Origin: Haliotis rubra
Taxonomy: Eukaryota
Direction: 5' to 3'
Length of the DNA: 64,000 nt
Assembly (NCBI RefSeq): GCF_003918875.1
Contig: NW_025767662.1
Span: forward strand, 186,001 to 250,000
Positions 12,515 through 23,898 of this stretch are shown here, one piece after another; the stretch's first letter is position 1; every line of letters starts with the position of its first letter. The position numbers and the translations under genes are program-made. The notes beneath the pieces are model-generated. The model saw only the letters and a list, made by a program, of their open reading frames with translations, was not told the DNA's origin and made no database searches.

Positions 12515-14593
12515 TAATCTGTCTCACAGTCCCTGAACCTCTGTCTCACAGTCCCTGAACCACATTATTTTCCCTACTGCCAAGCCCTCTCTGCAATGTA
12601 GTCTGTCTCACAGTCCCTGAACCACATTATTTTCCCTACTACCCAGCCCTCTCTGCAATGTAGTCTGTCTCACAGTCCCTGAATCACATTATTTTCCCTA
12701 CTACCAAGCCCTCTCTGCAATGTAGTCTGTCTCACAGTCCCTGAATCACATTATTTTCCCTACTACCCAGCCCTCTCTGCAATGTAGTCTGTCTCACAGT
12801 CCCTGAATCACATTATTTTCCCTACTACCCAGCCCTCTCTGCAATGTAGTCTGTCTCACAGTCCCTGAATCACATTATTTTCCCTACTACCCAGCCCTCT
12901 GCAATGTAGTCTGTCTCACAGTCCCTGAATCACATTATTTTCCCTACTACCCAGCCCTCTCTGCAATGTAGTCTGTCTCACAGTCCCTGAATCACATTAT
13001 TTTCCCTACTACCCAGCCCTCTCTGCAATGTAGTCTGTCTCACAGTCCCTGAATCACATTATTTTCCCTACTACCCAGCCCTCTCTGCAATGTAGTCTGT
13101 CTCACAGTCCCTGAATCACATTATTTTCCCTACTACCCAGCCCTCTCTGCAATGTAGTCTGTCTCACAGTCCCTGAATCACATTATTTTCCCTACTACCC
13201 AGCCCTCTCTGCAATGTAGTCTGTCTCACAGTCCCTGAATCACATTATTTTCCCTACTACCCAGCCCCTCTCTGCAATGTAGTCTGTCTCACAGTCCCTG
13301 AATCACATTATTTTCCCTACTACCCAGCCCTCTCTGCAATGTAGTCTGTCTCACAGTCCCTGAATCACATTATTTTCCCTACTACCCAGCCCTCTCTGCA
13401 ATGTAGTCTGTCTCACAGTCCCTGAATCACATTATTTTCCCTACTACCCAGCCCTCTCTGCAATGTAGTCTGTCTCACAGTCCCTGAATCACATTATTTT
13501 CCCTACTACCCAGCCCTCTCTGCAATGTAGTCTGTCTCACAGTCCCTGAATCACATTATTTTCCCTACTACCCAGCCCTCTCTGCAATGTAGTCTGTCTC
13601 ACAGTCCCTGAATCACATTATTTTCCCTACTACCCAGCCCTCTCTGCAATGTAGTCTGTCTCACAGTCCCTGAATCACATTATTTGCCCTACTACCCAGC
13701 CCTCTCTGCAATGTAGTCTGTCTCACAGTCCCTGAACCACATTATTTTCCCTACTACCCAGCCCTCTCTGCAATGTAGTCTGTCTCACAGTCCCTGAATC
13801 ACATTATTTTCCCTACTACCCAGCCCTCCCTGCAATGTAGTCTGTCTCACAGTCCCTGAACCACATTATTTCCCCTACTACCCAGCCCTCCCTGCAATGT
13901 AGTCTGTCTCACAGTCCCTGAATCACATTATTTTCCCTACTACCCAGCCCTCTCTGCAATGTAGTCTGTCTCACAGTCCCTGAACCACATTATTTCCCCT
14001 ACTACCCAGCCCTCTCTGCAATGTAGTCTGTCTCACAGTCCCTGAATCACATTATTTTCCCTACTACCAAGCCCTCTCTGCAATGTAGTCTGTCTCACAG
14101 TCCCTGAATCACATTATTTTCCCTACTACCAAGCCCTCTCTGCAATGTAGTCTGTCTCACAGTCCCTGAACCACATTATTTTCCCTACTACCCAGCCCTC
14201 TCTGCAGTGCTAAAGCCCCAATGAAACATGTCTAGATGTCCTCAGGTTCTGAATCCCTCATCTCACTGGGGCTCCATTTCAATCTAAATGGGTTTATTTA
14301 TTACTATACAAACTATATATATTCAGAGACTAAGCGTTAGTCTAGCCATGTGTCGACGACGGTAGTTTCAACAGATCCTGTGTGCTTTGGAATAATATAC
14401 AACCGCTGCATAGGGTGGTGGCGAACTGTCTGTCTGGTGTACATGATTGTGTTCATATTACACAGCCTATATATATATACTGGGGTACAATTCAATTCAG
14501 AATCTCTGGTCTCCCTGGGGCTTCTTTTCAATTTAAATGGGCTTGTTTGTTACTATCAAAATTATGTATATTCAGAGACTAAGAATTAGTCTG
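12515..14593. mobile_element. Family C2 element with tandemly amplified left end and duplicated right end
   Basis: Right ends at 14344 and 14593; only the distal end gives a TSD (TCTCTACATG / TCTCTACATT). Confidence 0.8.
12540..14207. repeat. 62-bp tandem array, ~27 copies
   Basis: Unit TAGTCTGTCTCACAGTCCCTGAATCACATTATTTTCCCTACTACCCAGCCCTCTCTGCAATG; near-identical copies. Confidence 0.97.
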
Positions 14594-16231
14594 TCTCTAC
14601 ATTGTACAACTCTATCCTGTCTCCGCCTTTATAAGGTGCGAGAAATGATGGACCGCCCACTGTCGCTCACTCACTCACCCACCAACTCACTCACTCACTT
14701 CTACACCGGTTAACTCACTCATGCTATTCGATATATTTATGTTTCATTTTGGCAATGTGTTCATCAACTCAAGTAACATTCTGGAACCTTTGTATCGTTG
14801 ACGCACTGTTTAACTTTCCAGGGGATGGAAGGATAAAATATTTAAGTTGGAAACGTATATCAACAATAACACTGCACATTTTTTATTTGAATTGCACAAT
14901 GTGCAAAATGGCATTATACTGTAAAACTATATGTTGAATTACCCAGAAGTTAGTAAACACTATCTACATCGTAGCCAAAGTGTAACAGACTAAAGACAGA
15001 CACTAAAAGCTAAGTTTGGAAAAATATTGCAATCTGACCTAGTTAATTACTGCCGCTTACGTCAAACGTGATCCCCCACGATAACCCCGAGCAGTAGTTC
15101 ACATCTGGTGACCTGCACTGCCGTTGACACCTGACATCACAGTCGTCATGGCAACAATAGGTGCGTTTCTCCTGTGAAGTGACAGTTCATTCGACGAACA
15201 TGGCGATGCTGTGACCTACTTGTATGATTGATAACCACCTATTTTGGGCAGCCGGACGCGAAAATTGTTTTTATTCCGTCACGCTTACGTTATCAAAAGA
15301 TTCACGACTTCGCAGATGACGATCGCTCCTAGCTACGGAAAGCGAACTGGGTTTAAGTGTCTCCGAGATAATCTCGTGCAGTGTACTGGGTGCACGTTTT
15401 CTACTGAGATTTTTTACAAAGGGGAAATATGTTCCGATGAATTAATTGAATAATTCATAAATGTTTTCTAAGATTCTTGCAGATTGTATTCTCTACGGTT
15501 TGCCATGATAATCCCACAATACCAAAGTGGTAAACTTCATAAACCTGCGTTATGTGAGCGTACGCCCACGAGACTCCGCAAGACAATTGTTCTAACCGCT
15601 AGACTACGAAGGCTGCCGAAACTTTTGTTTCAAAGACAGGGTTGGTTACCTTAAAAACAAAGCCCACTTAATGTGCATAGATATCATCTTGAAACAGAAA
15701 AGGGTGGTCAAAATAGAACACTGATTTGATAAATATTAAATTTATGAAGAACAGTATTCTTTCATCTTAGTATCGAGCTCACTTATAGTGTAGCATGAGA
15801 CGGCAAGGAGTGTGAAACCGTCCACAAATCGTCATGAAATATCTACAATGCACGCCATGGAGAGCGGTACGCTACAACAAGCTGCATTGTTTTACAAAAC
15901 ACAATCATGTTGCAGTCAAAGTTCGTGCGAGAATGGGTCGCTTGGATAAATATTTACTTATAATGAATAATCAGCGTGTCAGTCTAATTTATGTGTTTTA
16001 TGTTTGAACCACTTTAAAATTCCATTAAGTTTGACAGGTTTTGATAAACTATCTTCAAAATTTTTATGCCCTCGCCACCTGCTATCCATGCACGGTCAAA
16101 ACACAATGTACCCAGGTGTTCATTCCGATGCTCACGTGGGTTAATTAACTGGATACCACTGTCCCATGGCCAAAGCCCCTTTTTGTCTAGAAACCAGATT
16201 TATAAGGCCATCGACATACACTGGAGGAATG

Positions 16232-16475
16232 GACCCGTGAAGGTCCGGGTTAGAATGAACCTTCAGTAACCCATGCTTGTCGTAAGAGGCGACTAACGGG
16301 ATCGGGTGGTCAGGTTCGCTGGCTTGGTTGACACATGTCATCGGTTCCCAATTGCGCAGATCGATGCTCATGCTGTTGATCACTGGATTGTTCTGTCCAG
16401 ACTTGATAATTTACAGACCGCCGCCATATAGCTGGAATATTGCTGAGTGCAGCGTAAAACTAAACTCACTCACTC
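16232..16475 (+). mobile_element. Family B retroposon, full length
   Basis: GACCCGTGAAGGTCCGGGTTAG...GCTGGAATATTGCTGAGTGCAGCGTAAAACTAAACTCACTCACTC; tail shared with family A. Confidence 0.92.
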
Positions 16476-17266
16476 CTCTAGTGAAACCTATCCTGACGCG
16501 CCTGGTCTGTTCTATTGGAATGCATAGGTTCCATATCGCCCGTCTCTATATGGATGAAATAATGCCGTTCAAACCTTAACTCACTCACCCGCTATATCTA
16601 GCCCTCACAACAAGCCTGTGTAGACGGGATAGTTTGTTTACTCTGATGTTTAGGGTTTGACGATGCTGATGTGGTGATATGAGATTAATATCCACACTGT
16701 AAATGTACATGTATGGTACATACAGATGGAAGAGTACCATATTGGAAGGGATGACAGATAGATGGACATACGGACGGGGAGATCAATGGATGATGGATGG
16801 ATGATGGGTTCAGTGCTGAGTGTGGATTCACAGCAATATTCTAGACAGTAGAATGCGACACTGACAGAATATGGCAGCTTGACATCCAATTCGCTTTGCT
16901 TGTTATTTTGCCGGGGACCTTTAACACCACACTGTCAGTGACACGCACGGTATTCCCGTGTTGATTACATTCACCATGTTGTCAGTGTATGTATGTACCT
17001 GTCAGTGTAGCTATACACAGGAGCACCAGCTGATGTAAACAACGTCAATTTCACCTTGACCCCCAATGGCCGGCCTGATACAGTTACAAAACGTTTGATA
17101 AATACACACATTAGAGCAATGTTTTCTGAACATCCCCATGTTTATATGTGAGTGGTGTGGTGATATACATGCAGAGATGGGAGGGCTTTCCAAGTGAATT
17201 CGATGTGTTTTACACGTGATGTTTTGGAAGCATATGTTTACATATGTGATGAGTGATTTGTTCCTA

Positions 17267-17686
17267 GGCAACATAAAATATTTTTTTTGTTTCTCATCAC
17301 TTTTTTTAAATGGGTAGGTAGGGCGGATTATATTTTTAATTTCTTAATATTTTTTTGCTGATTTCTATACAATGTTAGTTGCTTATAGAGTATTATCTGC
17401 ATGTTATATCTGCTATATGTCTGTGTACAAAATATGCAAATCTTATATCAATTACGTGTGTTCTTCTCAAGGTCATTGCATCTTTGTACAAACCATAACC
17501 ATACAAAAAACTGTTTAACTTCAACTTTATTTTAAATATCCTCGTGTCAATGGTGATGACAAATTAATCTGTCTTCATTAATGTTCTTTGAACTTTGATT
17601 TTGCAAAATAATATTTTAAAAATAGGGTCGGGTCAAATTTTAGGGTCGGGCGGTAATGAGAAACAAGGAATTATTATTATGTGGCC
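17267..17686. mobile_element. PIF/Harbinger-like non-autonomous element
   Basis: TIRs GGCAACATAA..TGTTTCTCAT / ATGAGAAACA..TTATGTGGCC; 3-bp flanks CTA / TTA. Confidence 0.65.
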
Positions 17687-18611
17687 TTATGTGCATAATT
17701 ACTACTGGGTCAGGCTGCTGTAAACAACCATCGAGATGTAACGGACAACATTTCATACAATTTCTCAACACGAAACAACACAGTTCCAAATGTCCCGTTT
17801 AACATGCAATGTACGTTTAGGGTCATTCACAAAAGCAATATTGATATGAAATATAATTCTTTATCAATGAAAGTCAATTTGGGTGAGGGTATTGATCGTA
17901 AGTAGCTCCCATAGCTTGTGACAGAAGCGCTGAAAATAACCAGCGTCTATATCGCTATATGTGTAGGGAGGCGGAACTAAGAGCCCTGATGACGTCAGAT
18001 ACATCTACAACTTCGACCCGCTCACGTGGTTTGCTGGAGAAGCTGATGGCGAAGTTTCGACTGACACCATATTGTAGTCAAGGAAGGGTTTGTCTGACGT
18101 AAGCAATATTTATGTTGCTTCATTCATCATTGGACATCCAATGCTACCATGTAAGTCTTCACAATGGGACTTCTTTGACTGGCACTTTCATGCTGGTATA
18201 ATGGTCAAGGGAGATGGTTGAGGGTCTAGAAAACGTCTGAATTTGTATGGGACATTTCGGTGTAGATACAATCGCCTTTCTAAACATAAAACCTAATTGA
18301 TGTGCATATAATACATTAATTAGTCTCCACCATGTACGCTGTGTAATCACCACGGGTATTGTACATACGAAGTTTTATGTCTATTGCAAAATATTTGTGT
18401 ATTACATACAATCACTTGACACGTATTCAACTCATTGTTTGGAACAATACACACAGCAATATATGAAACCATGGGCTGGGGGTCGGTCATGAGTACCTAG
18501 TACAGACTGGGGCGCCTGACATTATACAGAGAAACGGTACATGTTGGAATCTGGTCACATGATACACACGGCTTGTGCGACACAGTAGACAGGCGATAAG
18601 GGCGTGACGTC

Positions 18612-20350
18612 AGACAATACACAAGTACACAATAAAACCACGTGACGACGAGCAATACACAATGCCACCATGAACAATATATCCACTTGACGAAACAATA
18701 CACAATGCCACCATGAACGATATAACCACGTGACGAAACAATACACAATGCAACCATGAACAATATATCCACTTGACGAAACAATACACAATGCCACCAT
18801 GAACAATATATCCACGTGACGAAACAATACACAATGTCCCCATGAACAATATAACCACGTGGCGTTTGACAATACACAATGCCACCATGAACAATACTAC
18901 CACTTGACGAAACAATACACAATGCCACCATGAACAATATATCCACGTGACGAACGAATACACAATGCCACCATGAACAATATAACCACGTGACGACGGA
19001 AAATACACAATGCAACCATGAACAATATAACCACGTGTCGAAACAATACACAATGCCACCATGAACAATATATCCACGTGACGAAACAATACACAATGCC
19101 CCCATGAACAATATAACCACGTGGCGTTTGACAATACACAATGCCACCATGAACAATACTACCACTTGACGAAACAATACACAATGCCACCATGAACAAT
19201 ATATCCACGTGACGAACGAATACACAATGCCACCATGAACAATATAACCACGTGACGAAACAATACACAATGCCCCCATGAACAATATAACCACGTGACG
19301 AAACAACACACAATGCCACCACGAACAATATAACCACGTGACGATGGACAATACACAATGCCCCCATGACCAGTATAACCACTTGACGAAACAATAAACA
19401 ATGCCACCATGAACAATATAACCACGTGACGAAACAATACACAATGCAACCATGAACAATATATCCACGTGACGACGGACAATACACAATGCAACCATGA
19501 ACAATATAACCACGTGTCGAAACAATACACAATGCCACCATGAACAATATATCCACGTGACGACGGACAATACACAATGCCACCATGACCAGTATAACCA
19601 CGTGACGACGGACAATACACAATGCCACCATGAACAATATAACCACGTGACGAAACAATACACAATGCAACCATGAACAATATATCCACGTGACGACGGA
19701 CAATACACAATGCAACCATGAACAATATAACCACGTGTCGAAACAATACACAATGCCACCATGAACAATATATCCACGTGACGAAACAATACACAATGCC
19801 ACCATGAACAATATAACCACGTGGCGTTTGACAATACACAATGCCACCATGAACAATACTACCACTTGACGAAACAATACACAATGCCACCATGAACAAT
19901 ATATCCACGTGACGAACGAATACACAATGCCACCATGAACAATATAACCACGTGACGAAACAATACACAATGCCACCATGAACAATATAACCACGTGACG
20001 AAACAACACACAATGCCACCACGAACAATATAACCACGTGACGACGGACAATACACAATGCCCCCATGACCAGTATAACCACTTGACGAAACAATACACA
20101 ATGCCCCCATGAACAATATAACCACGTGACGAAACAATACACAATGCCACCATGAACAATATATCCACGTGACGACGGACAATACACAATGCCACCATGA
20201 CCAGTATAACCACTTGACGAAACAATACACAATGCCACCATGAACAATATATCCACGTGACGAAACAATACACAATGCCACCATGAACAATATAACCACG
20301 TGACGAAACAATACACAATGCCACCATGAACAATATAAGCACGTGACAAA
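18612..20350. repeat. 43/46-bp minisatellite, ~40 copies, most containing CCACGTG
   Basis: Unit ACAATACACAATGCCACCATGAACAATATAACCACGTGACGAA; recurring blocks of variant units. Confidence 0.97.
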
Positions 20351-21056
20351 ATACACAGATCTAAGATGAACAATATGGCCTCGTAACGACTGACAAAACA
20401 GCATGTACAATGATTAATTTTATGGATATATATGTTTTTCACTTTATAAGGTTATGCTGTCGAAGGGCAAAATACGTTTTCATTCTCAACATCCTGCTGA
20501 CGCATGTTTTAACTAATTCAACATCAGCAGCACATGTCACTGCATATGTCAAAATAAAGATTCTAGAAGCCAGTCATTAATGTCCCCTACAGTGTTACTG
20601 CCAACTGGTTTAACACCCTAAGACCCTGTTCATAGCTTACCCGGGACCCCATGCGCACAAGTGACATACACAGTCTCAGGTAACCATGGTGAATCAGACT
20701 CTCTGTGTGAGCAGTACTTATTTTCAGGGGAGTTTATAACAATAATTTAAGCAAGACACGAAATGCTTAACATGTTGATCATCGGGTCTTTACACTGAGC
20801 AACAAAGCATTGTTAAAATCTGTAATTATAAGAGCCGAAAGTGCAGAGCCGAAAGACCTGTCTGAGTTGGCTGTAGAAACGCAATGATCTTAGGTGATCT
20901 CGGATATCCTGACTGATATATGTGCCCAGAATTAAAGTTATCCTGTGAACCCAGTCCATCACGTCTACCCAGCAACCGATGGCTAGTCTTCAGAGAAGAC
21001 TAAATTAGGCACCAATGGCGATTCCGGTGAACGACTGGATCTACTCCACGGATTCT

Positions 21057-21455
21057 ATCGTGAAAGACCATTTAAGGTTTGGGTTGTCAGGGACGGTGGT
21101 TTGGCTGACGGCGTGTCAACGTAACCCAACGGCGTGTCAACGTAACCCGACGGTGTGTCAACGTAACCCGACGGTGTGTTACGTAACCCGATGGTGTATC
21201 AACGTAACCTGACGCTGTGTCAACGTAACCCGACGGTGTATCAACGTAACCCGACGGCGTGTCAACGTAACCCGACGGTGTGTCAACGTAACCCGACGGT
21301 GTGTCAACGTAACCCGACGGTGTGTCAATGTAACCCGACGGTGTGTCAACGTAACCCGACGGCAGTGGGTCGTTGCTCATAATAGCAATCACTGTATTTT
21401 CTGGTCCAAACTCGATGATTACAGCCACCCGTCCTACAGATGGACTATCGCTGAA
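21057..21455 (+). mobile_element. Degenerate family B copy containing a 21-bp tandem array (21107-21362, ~12 copies)
   Basis: Flanks GGGTTGTCAGG..TTGGCTGAC and TGCTCAT..ATCACTG..TCTGGTCCAAACTCGATGATTACAG match family B; unit GACGGTGTGTCAACGTAACCC. Confidence 0.8.
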
Positions 21456-21636
21456 TACCAATAGACATCACACATAGCTATCACAGAGGAAATCCTCCTT
21501 TGATATCAGTTTGTGGAAAGGAGTCCCGGATGCTTACTGAGCGGATATTACCCGCCCTTTATTGAACTTCAACAAAATTCTTCTCAGTTTAGTGTTAAGA
21601 CTTGATGTGTATTTTGTAGTTTACCTAAAACCTATT

Positions 21637-22025
21637 TAGGGGTGGGTATTGCAGAGAACTTTCATATTGCCATATATTGCGATGCGAAAGCATGTATTGC
21701 GATATGTATTGCAATATATTGCATGAAGTATTTTTAAACAAAAAAACTACTTATAATCGAGTTAATGCTTGATTTATAGAGCAAAAACACAACAAAATCA
21801 CTATGCTTGATTAAGCTTTAATAACAACTTTTAATCATGATAAAATAAAAATGTGAATAATATTTGGCACAAATGAAACAAGGAAATATCCGAAGATTTC
21901 CGAGTGTTACGAAGTATTCCGAATGCAAGTCAAAATACCGGTTTTCGATCAGCGTATCGCAATACGTATCGTTTTCATGTCTGAACCGGTAAATACCGGT
22001 AAACCGGTTATATTGCGCAGCCCTA
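21637..22025. mobile_element. hAT-like MITE
   Basis: TAGGGGTG / CAGCCCTA ends; 8-bp TSD AACCTATT / CACCTATT. Confidence 0.8.
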
Positions 22026-22349
22026 CACCTATTGTATCAAGTAAAGCCAAATTCAAACTCCTCATGTCATCATCAGATTGTAAACTTATAAATAACTTAG
22101 CTTGCTTTATCTATCATGCAATGCATCTAAGATGTTAAAATTATCAATATATACTGTATACACACCATGTTTTGCCATGCACAATGCAACCTACATGCGT
22201 AGTTATGGGCCGATGACGTTCACATCTGTAATAAAAGAATTGAAATTGAATATAATTTGTACTCTTTTGTTGCACCATGGATGATTTACGATTAGTTGTC
22301 TGGCTTTCATTTCAATGTAGTGACTTAACTATACACTGCTTTTGAAGTT

Positions 22350-22880
22350 ACTGACAGTATAGTGACATCGGTAATATTATCGACGGTATAGTAGAATCAG
22401 TTATAATACCGACGGTATCGGTTATAGTACCGATGGTATGTCAGTTATAGTACCGACGGTATGTCAGTTATAGTAACAGCGGTATATCAGCAGTAATACC
22501 GACTGTATATCAGTTATAATACTGACGGTACATATACCGGTTATATAGCCGATTATATCAATTATATTAGCGATGGTATATCGTTTATATTACCGACGGT
22601 ATATCAGTCACGTATATTACCGACTGTATGTCAGTTATAGTACCGACTGTATGTCAGTAGTAATACCGACCGTAAATTAGTTATGATGCTGACGGTATAT
22701 CAGTTATATTACCGACGGTAAATTAGTTATGATGCTGACGGTATATCAGTTATATTACCGACGGTAAATTAGTTATGATGCTGACGGTATATCAGTTATA
22801 TTACCGACGGTATATCAGTTTTATCAATGAAGGTATATATCTATGTCATACATGTTTACGGTATAACAGTTATAATATCG
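22350..22880. repeat. Degenerate 23-bp minisatellite (TATATCAGTTATATTACCGACGG) with a 46-bp dimer near its 3' end
   Basis: Recurrent CCGACGGTA/CTGACGGTA cores at ~23-bp spacing. Confidence 0.85.
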
Positions 22881-22928
22881 AGAATAGGAAACATCAATAT
22901 TGGAACGACATTCACTCCTCTAGTGAAA

Positions 22929-23050
22929 ACCCGTGAAGATCCGGGTTAGAGCTGATCTTCAGAACCCATGCTTGTCGTATGAGGCGACTAACGGGATCGG
23001 GTGGTCAGGCTCGCTGAATTGATTGACACATGTCATCGGTTCCCAATTGG
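22929..23050 (+). mobile_element. Family B retroposon, 5' half
   Basis: ACCCGTGAAGATCCGGGTTAG...GGCGACTAACGGGATCGGGTGG; truncated by the foldback arm at 23055. Confidence 0.88.
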
Positions 23051-23260
23051 TCCTCCCTCGTAAGACATAGCGAAACGTGACAACAAAATAATGATCGTTT
23101 GTTAAACAACTTTTTTATTCGGTCGTCCAAAATTATGAGACAAATCATCAGAGTTGGTCTGTCGATTTCATGTAACCGTGCAAAGTTTGATTTTGTTGCA
23201 TTTATTAGATTTTGTGTTAGTGAGCAATTCGTCGGTCTCAAATGAAGTCAAACGGACTAT

Positions 23261-23898
23261 AGTTAGTTATTTGTTTTATTTAACGTCGCACGCACAACTA
23301 AGGTATTTCGGCGACGGGGTAGTACATTTATTAAGAAATGAGGGGGAACAGAACATAGAAATTTTGAAAGAGTGGTGTTTTTACCCACCCCCCACCCCCC
23401 TACCCCCGAATAAAAACACACACACACACAAAAACCCAAACAAACAAACAACAAAAAAAAAACCCAAAAAACTGAGTATTAAGGGAACTTTAAATAGGAG
23501 GCCGAATAAGAAAGGTAAGAAATATGAATAACGTAAAGAGTAATAGAGATTTGGAACTGAATATAGTTGTAGTAATATATATGGTTATTGTTATTGTTTA
23601 AAAACATATTTATTAAGTGAATAATGATGAACATATAAAAGATTAGAAAATGAAGTTGATAAAAAGAGAGGACTAATTTGAAAAGTTAAAAGAACATATA
23701 TACATATTTATAACAATTTTTAAAATGGTAAAAAGTGGAATTAGTGTATTATTGTTTTTGTTCCTAGATTGTTTGGTATAATTTTGTATGAATAAGATAT
23801 TTAGAGGGTGGTTTAATTAATTTGGGGTTTGTTAGAATGTGCTTGAGATCAAAAGAGTTAGCATTATTGAGGTACTGTTTTAAAGCATTGGTAAATGG
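23261..23898 (-). mobile_element. 3' remnant of an I/Nimb-group-like LINE (ORF2 end 23764-23898, 3'UTR, tail)
   Basis: Minus frame PFTNALKQYL...LKHILTNPKLIKPPSKYLIHTKLYQTI*; G-poor 3'UTR; terminal GCGACGTTAAATAAAACAAATAACTAACT similar to the SINE tails. Confidence 0.5.

Noticed and set aside
12540-14207. CRISPR-like regular repeats (also 18612-20350)
   Set aside because: No unique spacers, no cas genes, eukaryotic context.
15600-15635. Hammerhead-like CT-ACGAAGGCTGCCGAAAC
   Set aside because: Core lacks the G of CUGANGA and stem I does not form.
16471-16488. CACTCCTCTAGTGAAA shared with 22913-22928, next to two family B copies
   Set aside because: Lies 3' of one copy and 5' of the other with no further homology; two instances cannot distinguish a shared target or large duplication from chance.
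18497-20442. Long minus-strand ORFs (up to 481 aa) in all three frames
   Set aside because: Artefact of a 43-bp repeat lacking minus-strand stops; the same peptide cycles through all frames.
21087-21461. (GYVDTPS)n ORF
   Set aside because: In-frame only because the unit is 21 bp; lies inside a retroposon.
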